Of a stretch of DNA of 64,000 nt, positions 30,770-47,213 are shown one piece after another. The stretch covers positions 80,104,001-80,168,000 of the forward strand of contig OZ024740.1 in the NCBI GenBank assembly GCA_964016885.1. The letters run 5' to 3'. The DNA comes from Eledone cirrhosa. Taxonomy: Eukaryota. Below the pieces are notes generated by a model that searched no databases, had not been told where the DNA came from, and was given only the letters and a program-made list of their open reading frames with translations. A program made the position numbers and the translations under genes. The first letter of the stretch is position 1; each line of letters opens with the position of its first letter.

Positions 30770-33700
30770 CGCGGGGACATAGAAATAATCGGGCTGGATG
30801 CCCGATCGCGCAGTTAAACCACTGGGAGTGAAGAACCCCTAGCCCTTGTCAGGGCATTCTTCTAGGAGAAGGCATCTCAGGAAACTCCGACATAAAACCT
30901 GCGGCTCAGTAGTTACCGATGATGTTGATCTTTTCTTCTTTTCGGGTTATCACAGCCTGGGCCCGCTCGTCATCGTGCCATTGTAATAGAGCCAAACAAG
31001 GCATTTAGTCTTGGCTGCTGGAACGTACGGACGCTGCTTGACAGGGATTCCTTGGAGCGTCCTGAACGAAGGACCGCTCTTGTTGCAAAGGAGCTTCGAC
31101 GTTACGATCTTGACATCGTGGCTTTATCTGAGACGAGGTTAGCTGGAGATGGTCATCTTACAGAATTTTGTGGAGAATATACATTCTTCTGGAAAGGAAG
31201 AGGTGAAGGAACCAGAAGAGAGACTGGGGTAGGATTTGCTGTTAAGACTGTACTTGTGAATACATTAGAAGAATTCCCAGTAGGGATTAGTGAGCGTCTT
31301 ATGTCCATGAGAGTTCCGCTGGACAAAGGAAGATATGCTACCCTGGTGAGTGTGTATGCTCCAACTATGAATTCTGTCGATGAAGAAAAAGTGTCCTTTT
31401 ACCATGCCTTGAAAGGTGTTTTAAGAAATATCCCTCAGGCAGACAAAGTCATCGTGCTTGGTGACTTTAATGCTAGAGTGGGTAGGGATTTTAACACATG
31501 GAATGTAATCGGAAGGCATGGGGTGGCAAAGTGTAACAACAATGGTATGCTCCTGCTGCAGATGTGTGAGGAGCTGGATCTGTGTTACCAACACCATGTT
31601 CCAACAAAAGAACAAATTCAAGACCACATGGATGCATCCTGCATCTAAGGAATGGCATCTTTTGGACTACGTCCTAGTCAGGATGCGTGACAGACAGGAT
31701 GTGCAGTGTGTTCGTGTTCTTCGTGGAGCTGAGTGCTGGACAGACCACCGCCTGGTACGCGCAAAAGTGAAACTAATCACTAAACGTAAAATCCGGGCTC
31801 CTGGTGTTGCCCTGCCCAAAAGATTGAATGCTGCTCGTCTTAAGGATAAAAATGTGAAGAGGACATTGGAAGAAGAGATGCAGGCTGCAGATCTTGGTGA
31901 GGATTGGCCGACCCTTAAAAAGTCGATTTATGATGTAGGCAGGCGTGTTCTGGGATTGGTGGTGCAGAGAAAACATCAGGACTGGTTTAATGAGAATGAC
32001 GTACATATAGAAGACTTGTTGGCTGATAAGAGGCGTGCTCTGTCACGCTACTTGACGGCAAAACCACAGGAGAGGAATACGTTGCATGAGGAACTCAGGG
32101 ATGTAACATCACGTGTTAGGCGGAGTCTTTCTCAGATGAAGGATCAGTGGTGGAGTGAGAAGGCTGGTGAGATACAAACTGCGTCTGATTCCAATAACAC
32201 AAAGCTGTTGTACAGTCTCTTGCGTGAAGTTTATGGACCGTCTTCTTCTCTGGTGACACCGCTTCGCAGCAAGGATGGCAAAGAACTTCTTTGTGACTCA
32301 CAAGGAATTCTACGAATGTGGCGAGAGCACTTTGATGATCTTTTGAATCAGCCGTCTGTCGTTAGTGAAGATTTCCTCAATCTCATTCCAGAAAGTCCTG
32401 TGAAAGTAGCTCTCGCAGAACCTCTGACGCTTGTGGAGGTTGCAGTGGCTATTTCGAAGCTGAACAGGGGAAGATCTCCAGGTATGGATGGCATACATGC
32501 TGAGCTCCTACAAAATGGTGGTGAGAGACTCCTGCAACATCTTCACTCTTTGTTTGGCAGGATATGGGCTAATGAATCCGTACCTGAGGACTGGAGAGAT
32601 GCAGTAATGGTGGTCTTGTACAAGGGAAAGGGCAACAGGAACGATTGTGGGAACTACAGAGGTATATCATTGCTTTCTGTCGTAGGGAAAGTTTTATGTA
32701 GAGTGCTTCTGGACCGTCTGCTGACACACATTGCAGATTGTGTTCTTCCTGAAAGTCAATCTGGTTTTCGTGCTGGACGCGGCACTACTGATATGATCTT
32801 CTCAGCTAAACAGCTCCAGGAGAAGTGCATGGAACAAGGCTTGGATCTGTATCAGGTTTTTGTCGATCTGACAAAAGCTTTCGATACTGTTAACAGAGAT
32901 GCATTATGGAAGGTTCTCCAGAAACTTGGTTACCCTGATAAGTTCCTTGCTTTAGTTAGGTCTTTCCATGACGACATGAAGGCTTGGGTTAATATCGGGA
33001 GTAACATGTCGGAGCCTATCTCAGTAAAAAAATGGAGTGAAACAGGGGGATATTCCAGCACCGACCCTGTTTGCCATATACTTTGCAATGGTTTTCTGTA
33101 TTGCATTCAGGAATTGCGAGCATGGTGTTTACATCCGATATCGAACCTCAGGCAGCATATTTAACATCAGGCGCTTTGCTGCGAAGACAAAAGTATTTAC
33201 ATTAATCATAAGAGACCTCTTGTATGCAGATGATTGCGATCTTGTAGCGCACACAGAGAGTGATATGCAGCACATTTTGAATACATTTTCTGACGCTTGC
33301 ACTGCCCTAGGTCTGACTGTCAATCTCAAGAAAACCGTCGTCATGTACCAACCTGCCCCTGGTAAGCAGTACACTGAACCAAACATCTATGTTAATGGCA
33401 AACGAATTGGAGTGGTTGATCAGTTTCTCTACCTGGGAAGCACTGTCAATCGATACAGCAACCTTGACAGTGAAATCTCACTTAGGATTAGGAAAGCAAG
33501 TGATGCTTTCGGAAAGCTAGAAAGGCGACTCTGGGGTCGGCGAGATATATGCAGGAGGACAAAGGTGTACAGGGCATGTGTGCTCTCTTGTCTTCTTTAT
33601 GCCTGCGAGACCTGGGTCACATATCGACACCACCTTAAGCGTTTCCATCAGATGTGTCTCAGACGGATCCATGGCGTTCACTGGAGGGACCACATCAGTG

Positions 33701-34400
33701 ATGTCGAGATTTTGGAAAGCTCTATGTGTGACAGTATAGAAGCTCTTGTGCTTAAGCAACGACTTCGTTGGAGTGGTCACCTTGCCAGGATGAAGGATTC
33801 TAGAATACCAAAACAACTCTTTTATGGAGAGTTGGTTAAAGGAAAACGACCGCCACATAAACCAAAAAAAAGGTATAAGGATTCCTTGAAAGCCTCTCTG
33901 AAAGACGCTAACATCTCTGCTGATACATGGGAGAATATTGCTGCTGATCGTAATAAATGGAGAAAGACTGTATATGAGGGAAAAGTTGCCTTTGAGGCAT
34001 CTCGAATCGCATACGAGAAAGTAAAGCGGGATGTGAAGAAGGGCATTGCTGTTGCACTTCCAGACGGCGAGGGTCCTCCTATGGTGCTGACATGCAGCGT
34101 ATGTGCGAGACTCTGCCTAAGCAAAGCTGGACTCGAAAGTCATCTTCGCAGTCATAAAGTAAGACCAGTGGTTAACTACCAGGCTGCTGTTGGAGATGCT
34201 ACTCATCATGCTTGCCAAACATGTAGTAGAGAATGTAAATCAGCAGGAGGGCTCAAGCGACATGCAAAAGTACACGAACTCCAACCACAGCCGACTATTC
34301 CCAGTAAATGTTTTGGATGCCGACTCTGTGCAAGACATTTTAGATCATTGGCTGGGCTAAAAAGCCACATTCGATCGCAGCGCTGTTAGTTGCTATCATG
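30770..34400 (+). mobile_element. Near full-length RTE-clade LINE with (TATG)n tail
   Basis: 5'UTR with ctaggagaagg motif; APE-RT-C2H2 coding region. Confidence 0.95.
30929..34389 (+). pseudogene. RTE ORF: APE endonuclease + RT + three C2H2 fingers, two frameshifts (~31580, ~33030)
   Basis: WNVRTL, ALSETR, GDFNARVG, TDH, YRGISLL, QSGFR, DLTKAFD, KQG, YADD, LRWSGH and CxxC...HxxxH x3. Confidence 0.93.
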
Positions 34401-36502
<2,102 letters not shown>

Positions 36503-36589
36503 TAACTTTGAATAACTTTGAAATGTTTTGGCCAGTATTGGCCTAGGTCATGTCTAACTTAATAGCACCACCTGGCGAAGTCTTTCAAT

Positions 36590-39500
36590 TCAGGATTTGG
36601 GCACCATGGCCCATTCGAGAAGAGAATTACTGTTTGCGGAGACATATCCGGGTGTGGGTGGTTTGTCCGGGATTACTTGGAGGAATTTGTCCAAAGACTT
36701 CTTGAATTTTGTGTGGTCAGTTTCTGTTTTGACGTGTCCTGGTGTGATGTTGAAGAGAGCAGGGCCGATTGAGGTGAAATAATTGTGCCGTATTGTTGTT
36801 ATGAGTTGCGATTTAGATTTTTGAATGGGACGGATAGCACGGGGCCCAAGCCTTGGGTGTATCTTGAAGGCGATGCCAACATCATTTGGGCAGTGATGAT
36901 GGAACATTTTCCACATCATGCAGATAATATAACGCTCACGGCGACGTTGGAGTGAGTAAAGTTTCAGGTTTTCTAATCGACCCCAGTAGTCAAGGTCTGA
37001 CATGCCATCTATCTTTTTCGTGATTGCCCTTTGAGGAGCTTCAAGTTTCATGATACTTTGTTTCGTGTGGGGAGACCACAGTGGACAACAGTATTCAAGG
37101 TGTGGTCGGGCAAAAGTAGAGAAGAGAAGGATAATGGTGTGGGAATCTCTCGACTGGAAGGTTCTGAGGATCCAGGAACACATTCTGCGGGCCATGTCAA
37201 CTTTGCTGCTTATATGCGTGGTCCAGCTTATGTTGCTGTCCACGGTTACTCCCAAGTCTCTGATGTTGTTAGATGCCACGAGAGTTTCCCCGGGGGGAAG
37301 GGAGTACGGGAGTTTCAGAGCATCCTCTTTTCCAAAGTGGATCAGTTCGAATTTGTCTTCGTTCAGTAACATGTTGTTCTTTTCCGCCCATTGGGTAACA
37401 GCCAGTAGGTCTGACTGAAGGCTTATCCGGTCATCCACGCCATTGATGACCTTTTGGAGCTTGGAATCATCAGCGAAAATTTTAATGTTGCTGTGTTTGA
37501 TGATGTCAGTGATGTCATTAATATAGATGATGAAGAGAAGTGGGCCCAACACAGTGCCTTGTGGGACCCCACTACTGACTTTGGCTGGGCTGGATTTGAC
37601 TCCCTCAACTACAACATGTTGGGTTCTGTTTGACAGGAAGCTCTTGATCCACTGCAGCAGCTTTCCAGTGACACCAATATTTGACAGCTTTCTCAGTAGA
37701 ATGTTATGATCAACCCTGTCAAAGGCCTTGCTGAAATCAAGGTAGATAACATCAGTGTTGGAACCCTCTCCCAAGGCTCTCAAAATGTCATCAAAGTGAT
37801 GCAGCAGCTGCGTCAGGCAATCCCTTCCATTACGGAATCCATGCTGGTTGGAGTTCAGCATATTGTTACTCTCAAGGAAGTGGGTCATTCGCGATCTCAC
37901 CACTCTCTCAAATACCTTAATGATATGAGAGGTGAGTGAGATTGGACGGTAATTCACGGCAAGGGATTTGTTTCCCTTTTTGAAAACTGGGACAACAGAC
38001 TGGGATAGAAGGTTTTCTGGCACATATCCAGCATCCAGTGAGTTCCGCCACAGATTGGCAAGAGGAGATGCAAGTTGGTGTTGACACGCCTTCAAGACAC
38101 AAGCAGGGAACCTATCGGGACCTACTGCTGAATTATGCTTGATTTCCTTTATTGCCGCCAAGACATCAGTGGCGCCAAACGTTATGTCCGATAAGGTGTA
38201 ATGGGGAGTAACATCGCCGATACAGCCCAGATCGGCCATATCAGGATTGCTGAAAACAGAGCAGTATTGTTTCTGCAGTATCTCACCCATGGTTTTAGCA
38301 TTGTCTTGAAGAGTGCCATTTTCATCAATTAGAGGGCCAACAGTAGAGCCAGTGATTTTGTGTTTTTTTGCAAATGAAAAGAACACTTTGGGATTGAGTT
38401 TGATCTTCTCAATGGCCCAGGCCTCTTCAGCTCTTCTCTGATTGTTGATGAGGGACATTATGTTGTTTTGGAGGTTATGTTTTTTAATCTCTAGTGATGA
38501 AATGGCAGTCAAGTTGATGTGTTGCTGCTGACAGTATTTCAGCTTGTTGATTTTTTTGTTCGTTCTCTTAATTTTTCTGATGAGCGTTTTTCTATTTCTA
38601 GGGATTCTGCTCTTAGATTTGTTTATAGTTCTTAATGGGGTGTGTTTAGCACATATGTTTGTAACAGTGTCCACAAATGTCTGCCAGGACTTTTTGATGT
38701 TAGTGGGTGTATGAGTGTGCGTGAAGGACCAGTCGACATGTGCAAGATCATGACTGATCGCTTCCCAGTTTGCATTGTGGAAATCCATAGCGTCAAACGG
38801 ATGGACAGGAGAGATGACATTGGGTTTGTATATTGGACGGTGGAATCTCAGATCACAGAGAACCATGTCATGATCAGAGAGTAGAGTTTTCTCCACTGCA
38901 ATATTGTGGATATTGTCAGTGTGATTGCTGAAAATTAAGTCTAGGACGTTTTTGTGGCACCTCGTTGGTTCGAGCACCAGTTGGGATAGGAAGAAATCAT
39001 CCATGAAGTCAAGAAGCGATTCCACTGCTTCCCTGTCAGAGGTTGAGGCAGAAGAACCTGGTGGCAGGCTGTTTGTGGACCAGTCAACTCCGGGGAGGTT
39101 GAAGTCCCCCATCATTAAGATGTTGTCAGGGTGACACTCTTGGATGAAACACTTTATGCTGTTGAGGCATTCCTTGAAGCATGGTACAGGCGTTTGGGGT
39201 GGCATATAGAGCCCAACTACTAATAGGTTGTTGGTTTGACTGAATACAGTGACTGCTTCACAGTATCCATTAGTGAATATGTTCATAGCCTCTGTTGAGA
39301 AAGAATTATGGACATAAATGGCAGTTCCGTCCTTTCTTCTGCCAGCGCGATCAGCACGGATGGCTTTGAAATTTTTCACTTTCACCTCGGCTTCCAAGTG
39401 GAGGCTACTGAGATGGGTTTCAGTGAGGACGAAGAAAGGGATGTGGTTTGGATGGACATCAATCCAGTCCTCCAGGAATTTGATCTTCCATTTTTGAGTA

Positions 39501-39610
39501 TTGGTGGAAGGGCTGATGCCTTGGGCGTTAAGCAAAAATGTAGAGGCGAGAGTGGATGGTTTTAATTGTTTTGGTGTGTTGTTAATTTGTTTGTTTGTTA
39601 ATGGCAGCAA
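36590..39610 (-). CDS. Intact LINE ORF2 (APE + RT), 1006 codons, no initiating AUG
   Basis: Uninterrupted frame with all APE and RT motifs. Confidence 0.95.
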   Translation of the reverse strand: MLPLTNKQINNTPKQLKPSTLASTFLLNAQGISPSTNTQKWKIKFLEDWIDVHPNHIPFFVLTETHLSSLHLEAEVKVKNFKAIRADRAGRRKDGTAIYVHNSFSTEAMNIFTNGYCEAVTVFSQTNNLLVVGLYMPPQTPVPCFKECLNSIKCFIQECHPDNILMMGDFNLPGVDWSTNSLPPGSSASTSDREAVESLLDFMDDFFLSQLVLEPTRCHKNVLDLIFSNHTDNIHNIAVEKTLLSDHDMVLCDLRFHRPIYKPNVISPVHPFDAMDFHNANWEAISHDLAHVDWSFTHTHTPTNIKKSWQTFVDTVTNICAKHTPLRTINKSKSRIPRNRKTLIRKIKRTNKKINKLKYCQQQHINLTAISSLEIKKHNLQNNIMSLINNQRRAEEAWAIEKIKLNPKVFFSFAKKHKITGSTVGPLIDENGTLQDNAKTMGEILQKQYCSVFSNPDMADLGCIGDVTPHYTLSDITFGATDVLAAIKEIKHNSAVGPDRFPACVLKACQHQLASPLANLWRNSLDAGYVPENLLSQSVVPVFKKGNKSLAVNYRPISLTSHIIKVFERVVRSRMTHFLESNNMLNSNQHGFRNGRDCLTQLLHHFDDILRALGEGSNTDVIYLDFSKAFDRVDHNILLRKLSNIGVTGKLLQWIKSFLSNRTQHVVVEGVKSSPAKVSSGVPQGTVLGPLLFIIYINDITDIIKHSNIKIFADDSKLQKVINGVDDRISLQSDLLAVTQWAEKNNMLLNEDKFELIHFGKEDALKLPYSLPPGETLVASNNIRDLGVTVDSNISWTTHISSKVDMARRMCSWILRTFQSRDSHTIILLFSTFARPHLEYCCPLWSPHTKQSIMKLEAPQRAITKKIDGMSDLDYWGRLENLKLYSLQRRRERYIICMMWKMFHHHCPNDVGIAFKIHPRLGPRAIRPIQKSKSQLITTIRHNYFTSIGPALFNITPGHVKTETDHTKFKKSLDKFLQVIPDKPPTPGYVSANSNSLLEWAMVPKS

Positions 39611-40222
39611 TGGGAGTTTGTGCAGTGGGGTGATAGTGGAAGGTGATGCTGGGTGATAGCTCGAATGTTTTTTTCCAGTTCTTTTGCCAGATTCATTATG
39701 GCTAAAAAAGAGGAAGAAGTTTCCTGTTTAGAAGACTGTTGGTGACTGTGGTAGTGGTTATTTTTATGTAGGTTATGGTTTTTGTTTTTGCTTTTATTTT
39801 TAATTTTATTTTCATTTGTCCGACGGGTCCCCGGGAGATGGGTAAAGGGACAATCCCGGTCTAAACACAATCTCTCTCGCAGGGAAAAGCGGCAGATTTG
39901 TGGATTCCTTGTTTGGGTTATTGGTGGTTGTGTTGGTGTTAAATTAGAGTATGTATTATGGTGGTGGCTGTTTGTGGGGATAGATCGTTTTGTCCTAGGT
40001 AAATGGGTGAATTTGCAGCCACTATCCGTACATATTCTATAGCGTAGAGAGTAGCGGCAAATGATGGGGTTTCGAGTGGGTGGGTATGTGGGTGTGTGTG
40101 TTGTGAGAGGTGTAGATGATGGTTTGAGTAGGATTTGACGACCTTTGTGGACTGTGGGGGGGAGAGTTCTTGTTCTGGTATGAGAAGGTAAATTCCTTGA
40201 CATAGCAGTAGACAAAAATGTA
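39598..40222 (-). pseudogene. C-terminal half of ORF1 with two CCCH fingers
   Basis: Matches 23588-24212; the upstream part is replaced by microsatellite. Confidence 0.85.
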
Positions 40223-40249
40223 TGTATATATATGTATGTATGTATGTAT

Positions 40250-40283
<34 letters not shown>

Positions 40284-40365
40284 GTATATATATATATATA
40301 TGTATATATATGTATGTATATATATATATATGTATGTATGTATATATATATATGTATGTATATAT

Positions 40366-40397
<32 letters not shown>

Positions 40398-40400
40398 CTG

Positions 40401-40431
<31 letters not shown>

Positions 40432-40572
40432 CTGTATATGTATATATATGTATGTATATGTATATATATGTATGTATGTATATATATGTATGTATGTATA
40501 TATGTATGTATGTATATATATATATATGTATGTATATATATATATATATGTATGTATATATATATATGTATG

Positions 40573-40605
<33 letters not shown>

Positions 40606-40844
40606 ATATATATATATGTATGTATATATATATATATGTATGTATATATATATATGTATGTATATATATATGTATGTATGTATATATATATATGTATGTA
40701 TATATATATGTATGTATATATATATATGTATGTATATATATATATATGTATGTATATATATATATGTATGTATATATATATATGTATGTATATATATATA
40801 TATATATATGTATGTATATATATATATGTATATATATATGTATG

Positions 40845-40903
<59 letters not shown>

Positions 40904-40904
<1 letters not shown>

Positions 40905-41362
40905 AGGGCAAGGGAGCTCTTAAGAGTCAATAGCCATCCAAAATCACCGGGAGAGATGACCCCTTAGCCTTTGTCAAGGCAGAATTCTAGGAGAAGGAAA
41001 ACTCTGATATAACACCTGCAACCTTGATGGTATCCAATGATGTTGACTTGTTCTTCTTTTTGGTAAATATCATCTTGGTTAAGAGAGTGGGACTGGCTTT
41101 GTGCAGTGCCTTTGCTCACTATAAAAGCTTCACGGCACAGGCATTGCTTTGTATCTGGAGATCTCTCTGCACTTGTCCTCACATGGTACCATGGGCCCAG
41201 CACTATGTGTCAATAATTGTCACAAGTGTAGTGTTTGTACCAGAGTTTTCAAGTCGCTGGCTGGACTAAAAAGTCACACTCATGCAGCGCTTCGGTAGGG
41301 GTTCTCCTACATGGATATAAAGTAGTGGCCGTACTCGAAAACGAGTTGGCAGCCACCATATG
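40904..41362 (+). mobile_element. Short bipartite non-autonomous RTE derivative (copy 2)
   Basis: As copy 1; 41224-41283 reads [20 protein letters not shown]. Confidence 0.8.
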
Positions 41363-41556
41363 TCTGTAAATATATATATATGTATGTATATATATATATG
41401 TATGTATGTATATATATGTATGTATGTATATATATATGTATGTATGTATGTATATATATGCATGTATGTATGTATGTATGTATGTATGTATGTATGTATG
41501 TATGTATGTATGTATGTATTTATGTATGTATGTATGTATGTATGTATGTATGTATA

Positions 41557-41589
<33 letters not shown>

Positions 41590-41670
41590 ATATATATGTA
41601 TGTATGTATGTATGTATATATATATATGTATGTATGTATATATATATATATGTATGTATGTATGTATATA

Positions 41671-41706
<36 letters not shown>

Positions 41707-42073
41707 TGTATGTATGTATGTATGTATATATATATATGTATGTATGTATATATATATATATATGTATGTATATATGTATGTATGTATATATATATATATG
41801 TATATGTATGTATGTATGTATGTATATATATATATATATGTATATGTATGTATGTATATATATGTATATGTATGTATGTATATATATGTATATGTATGTA
41901 TGTATATATATATATATGTATATGTATGTATGTATGTATGTATATATATATATATATATATGTATATGTATGTATGTATATATATATATATGTATATGTA
42001 TGTATGTAGTATATATATATATGTATGTATGTATATATATATATATATATATATGTATATGTATGTATGTATG

Positions 42074-42133
<60 letters not shown>

Positions 42134-42199
42134 TGTATGTATATATATATATGTATGTATATGTATGTATGTATGTATGTATATATATATGTATGTATG

Positions 42200-42825
42200 T
42201 TTTCTCTTTCTCTTAATTTCGAGTATATTTTTTTGACCGGCCACCTTCCTGGTGGCAAGGTTGTAAAAGAAAAGAAATTGTCATCCCTTGAATGTTTTGC
42301 ATATTTTGAAGGTGCCAGCTATCGCAGCCATTTGTAGACTATGAATTAGGGAGCTGCGCTTTTTGTCCGCAAATCCAAGTTCGGTCATACTTTGGTCCAA
42401 GCGGGTTGGTATATAACCCGTAGCACCAATAATGATGGGTATGAAGCTAAAGGTGTATCTTGGATACTGGATTTGTAAGCTCCTCATCAATGGTCCGTAG
42501 ATGTCCTCCTTCTCCTGTATTTTTCTGACAACGTTTACATCAAGTGGGCAGCTGATCTCCACAACAGAATACGTTTTCAATGTGTGGTCCCAAACTACAA
42601 TATCAGGCCGGATGTGCTTTAATTTGGTGGCAGTTTTTATTTTCAGGTCCCACCAGTATTCCTTAGTGCCATCTGTCTCAATATATTCTTCCTCGTTTGT
42701 TGTTAATTTTGTTTTCCGAAGTGCGTTCCAGATAGTTCTAGCTATCCCATCGTGTCTCATGGGGAGGTAGTAGCGAGATGACATTCTTTCGCAGCTGGCA
42801 ACAATGTGGCTTACATCCTCGATAT
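42200..42825 (-). mobile_element. 3' fragment of an R4/Dong-like RLE non-LTR retrotransposon embedded in (TATG)n
   Basis: HIVASC, RHD, WWD, RPDIV, VEISCP, K..KED.Y and PIIIGATG motifs; stop at 42281. Confidence 0.85.
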
Positions 42826-43732
42826 GTATGTATGTATATATATATGTATGTATGTATGTATGTATATATATATATATGTATATATATATGTATGTATATA
42901 TATATGTATATATATATGTATGTATATATATATATATGTATGTATATATGTATGTATATATATATATGTATGTATATATATATATATGTATATATATACG
43001 TATGTATATATATATATATATGTATGTATATATATATATATGTATATATATATATGTATGTATATATATATATATGTGTATATATATATATGTATATATA
43101 TATGTATGTATGTATATATATATGTGTATGTATGTATGTATGTATGTATATATATATATATGTATATGTATATATATATATGTATGTATGTATATATATA
43201 TATGTATATGTATGTATATATATATATGTATATGTATGTATATATATATATGTATGTATGTATATATATATATGTATGTATGTATATATATGTATATGTA
43301 TGTATATATATATATGTATATGTATGTATATATATATATGTATATGTATGTATATATATATATGTATATGTATGTATATATATATATATGTATATGTATG
43401 TATATATATATATATATATATGTATGCATATATATATATATGTATATGTATGTATATATATATATGTATGTATATATATATATATATGTATGTATGTATA
43501 TATATATATGTATATGTATGTGTATATATATATGTATATGTATGTATATATATATATGTATATGTATGTATATATATATATGTATATGTATGTATATATA
43601 TATGTATATGTATGTATATATATATATGTATATGTATGTATATATATATATATGTATATGTATGTATATATATATATGTATATGTATGTATATATATATA
43701 TATATATATGTATGTATATATATATATGTATG

Positions 43733-43765
<33 letters not shown>

Positions 43766-43974
43766 GTATGTATGTATATATATGTATGTATGTATGTATG
43801 TATATATATATATATGTATATGTATGTATATATATATATGTATGTATATATATATATGTATGTATATATATATATATGTATATGTATGTATATAAATATA
43901 TATGTATATGTATGTATATATATATATATATGTGTGTATGTATGTATATATATATGTGTATGTACGTATATATA

Positions 43975-44029
<55 letters not shown>

Positions 44030-44757
44030 GTGTATGTATGTATGTATGTATGTATATATATATATATGTGTATGTATGTATGTATGTATATATATATATA
44101 TGTGTATGTATGTATGTATGTATGTATATATATATATGTGTATGTATGTATGTATATATATATATATATATGTGTATGTATGTATGTATATATATATATA
44201 CATATATGTATGTATGTATGTATGTATATATATATATGTGTATGTATGTATGTATGTATATATATATATGTGTATGTATGTATGTATATATATATATATG
44301 TGTGTATGTATGTATGTATATATATGTGTATGTATGTATGTATGTATGTATATATGTATGTATGTATATATGTATGTATGTATATATATATATATATGTG
44401 TATGTATGTATGTATGTATATATATGTGTATGTATGTATGTATATATATATATGTGTATCTATGTATATATATATATATATATGTGTGTATGTATGTATA
44501 TATATATATGTGTATGTATGTATGTATGTATATATATATATGTGTATGTATGTATGTATGTATATATATATATGTGTATGTATGTATGTATATATATATA
44601 TGTATATGTATGTATGTATATATATATATGTATATGTATGTATGTATATATATATATGTATATGTATGTATGTATATATATATATGTATATGTATGTATG
44701 TATATATATATGTATGTATGTATATATATATATATATATCTATGTATGTATATATAT
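42826..44757. repeat. (TATG)n/(TA)n microsatellite
   Basis: Direct reading. Confidence 0.98.
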
Positions 44758-44759
44758 GC

Positions 44760-45240
44760 CATCATCGTTTAACGTCTATCTTCCACGCTAGCATGGGTTT
44801 AGACAACCAGTGTCCCACGTGATGCAAGATTGGTTGTCTTGCTCGTATAGGACTGTCTGGCGGGTTTTCTACAGCTGGATGCCCTTCCTAACACCAACCA
44901 TGTTTACAGTGTGGACTGGGAGGTTTTTACCGTGTTACCTACACGGCCACATTACAGCATGGACTGTGTGTTTTTTTGTCGTGACACCTACACGACCTCA
45001 TTTATTTAGGACTGTATCTTGTGTTACCAATATAACTTTACATAGAAAGGGGTGGTGTAGATGGGGATGGGGTAATGGGATTTGGGTGTATTTTTGGTTA
45101 GGAGGTGCCTACTGACTGTAGGTTTCGCTTTGTACTTAGGCAAAGTGGGTCTTCTGTATTACTGTGTAGCACCAAAGATCTCGGTCCAGTGACATTGTCT
45201 TGGAGAGGTGTAAGTGTGTAAGGTCGGAATTTATCAAATC
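44760..45240 (-). mobile_element. 3' end of RTE LINE subfamily B
   Basis: Matches 808-1146; 45147-45235 resembles the coding end at 62960-63050. Confidence 0.75.
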
Positions 45241-45250
45241 GTCTCAGGTT

Positions 45251-45548
45251 TTTCTGGGTCTGCCTACTCCGTAGCTTGCATCTATTTAATATATATATAT
45301 GACTTCTCCAAGTTTGCAACTGGTTTTGTGTAACTTTCATATTTGATGGATATATACCAACAAAACGTGTACCGGCCCTAACTTAATACTGTGGCTGATT
45401 GGTGGCTTACCTGCATGTCGAGAGTCCAATGACTGGTGTGTGTGTGTTTTGCAATTCAAATCATTGTGTAACTTATGTTAGATACTAATCATATTTTTTG
45501 CTATGTGTTTTATTTATTTCTGGGTCTGCCTACTCCGTAGCTTGCATC

Positions 45549-45580
<32 letters not shown>

Positions 45581-45595
45581 GACTTCTCCAAGTTT
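45251..45595. repeat. Direct repeat (45251-45315 / 45517-45595) around 200 bp of unique sequence
   Basis: tttctgggtctgcctactccgtagcttgcatctattt(ta)n gacttctccaagttt occurs twice. Confidence 0.85.
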
Positions 45596-45854
45596 TATTA
45601 ATTTATGTAGCGGTATATATACTTTTTTTTTTCTACTTCAAAAGTAGTTTGTATCTATATTGGTTAAACTTGATTTTACTAAAACACTAAGGAATTAAAG
45701 TAAGTATTATATTTTGAATAGTCTATTTCTCTCTCCAGGTGGTGTAACATGGCCTATTATATTATTTCACACAGCTAATTCTACAACCATATTGAACTCT
45801 TCCACCTAGGATTCTTTCACTAGTCCTTTTTACTAAATTTACAGCTTATATATA

Positions 45855-45930
45855 CAGGGTAGGGTTTAAAGATCTCCCACATCTTGAAGGGATATAAAAA
45901 AGAATGTGAAGGATCTTAGGCCCCACCCTG
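45855..45930. mobile_element. 76-bp Tc1/mariner-type MITE
   Basis: TA|CAGGGTAGGG...CCCCACCCTG|TA; imperfect ~27-bp TIRs. Confidence 0.7.
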
Positions 45931-46204
45931 TATATATATGCATGTGAAAAGTAAATGGATAAACACTGGAAAATGATATACGTACATTAGTTTAAAACTT
46001 TCCATTTTGATATACTTACTTAATATATATATATCTATATATATCTCTCTATATATATATTAAGAGAGATGGACTTTTCAATTCAACGTATTCTTTTCCT
46101 AATTTCACGCAATATGTCTGACAAGTGACCAGCCCTGAGTAAGGTAATTGTTTGGTAACATGCAACTTGAGTCTGGATAAGATTTATAATGAAAATTACA
46201 ATTA

Positions 46205-46284
<80 letters not shown>

Positions 46285-47030
46285 ATGTGTGAGATGGTTG
46301 CATTCTTAGGAACGGTCAGGATAAGTAAGCCTAGATTTTCGTAATTAATTTTGCAAATCTCTAATTGCGTGTCTGATCTTATTTTATATGTAGGTTTGTG
46401 TATATATGATTTAATCTTTATTATGTTTTGCATTCTTGTTTATATATTTCTTTGTAAGTAATGACATTGAGGTTTATACCTTCGCGTCACCTTTTGTTAT
46501 TGTTTTTTTCTGATATCATATTTGTGTTTTTCATCTTGGATTCATTTCGGTTATTTCTTAACCTTCTGGAGACTGAAATTTTTTTATGAATTGCTTCTCT
46601 TCATACTATATTATGTATTAAGGGGAGAGTACTCGAACAGCGACTTCAATCAGCCACAGCACCAAGAGGGTTAAATAGATTGTGTATTTTTTCTATTATT
46701 ATTATTTTTTGGTTTTTATGTTATGCTATGAGAACTCGACTTCTCGAAGCTGTGGCCTATTTTTTAATGGGGTCATGGTTACAGCAGATATTAGATATTA
46801 GAAACTATGTAATATGACAGATGCAGCTTGATAGCGTCTGTCTTCCTCACTGGGTGGCTATTGTGGTCCGGTTGCATAAGATGAGGATGGGTGGTCCGTG
46901 CATGATTTGATGAATTTAGGGTGTGAGTACGGTTTATTTGGCAGGCGTCATGGGTACAGGTTGGCGTTCAGTTTAGGGAGTTTGCTGAGAGTGAGTAGAC
47001 TGATTGGAGCATTAATGGTCTTATTTACGC

Positions 47031-47065
<35 letters not shown>

Positions 47066-47164
47066 ATTATATATATACACAAGTTATCCCGGGTTCAATT
47101 GGGGGTAACCACAGTAAGTAAGGTACTCAATACAGTGCAGAGTATAAATGGTTAATATAGAAAA

Positions 47165-47213
47165 GCTTCTACAGGACTAGAACTGTTTCATTCGTGAGAA
47201 ATCATCAGGAAGC
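47165..47213 (-). ncRNA. Type I hammerhead motif
   Basis: Minus strand: gcttc CTGATGA tttc tcac gaat GAAA cag ttctagtc ctg TA|gaagc. About 90 nt of tail, then (TA)n. Confidence 0.85.

Larger units (their letters stand above)
36503..40222 (-). mobile_element. CR1/L2-group LINE copy 2, 5'-truncated in ORF1
   Basis: Near-identical to 20503-24212 at offset 16010; tail (ttcaaagtta)x2. Confidence 0.95.

Noticed and set aside
45726-45810. Polypyrimidine tract + CAG suggesting a host exon
   Set aside because: No recognisable protein similarity or matching donor site; cannot be supported without RNA data.
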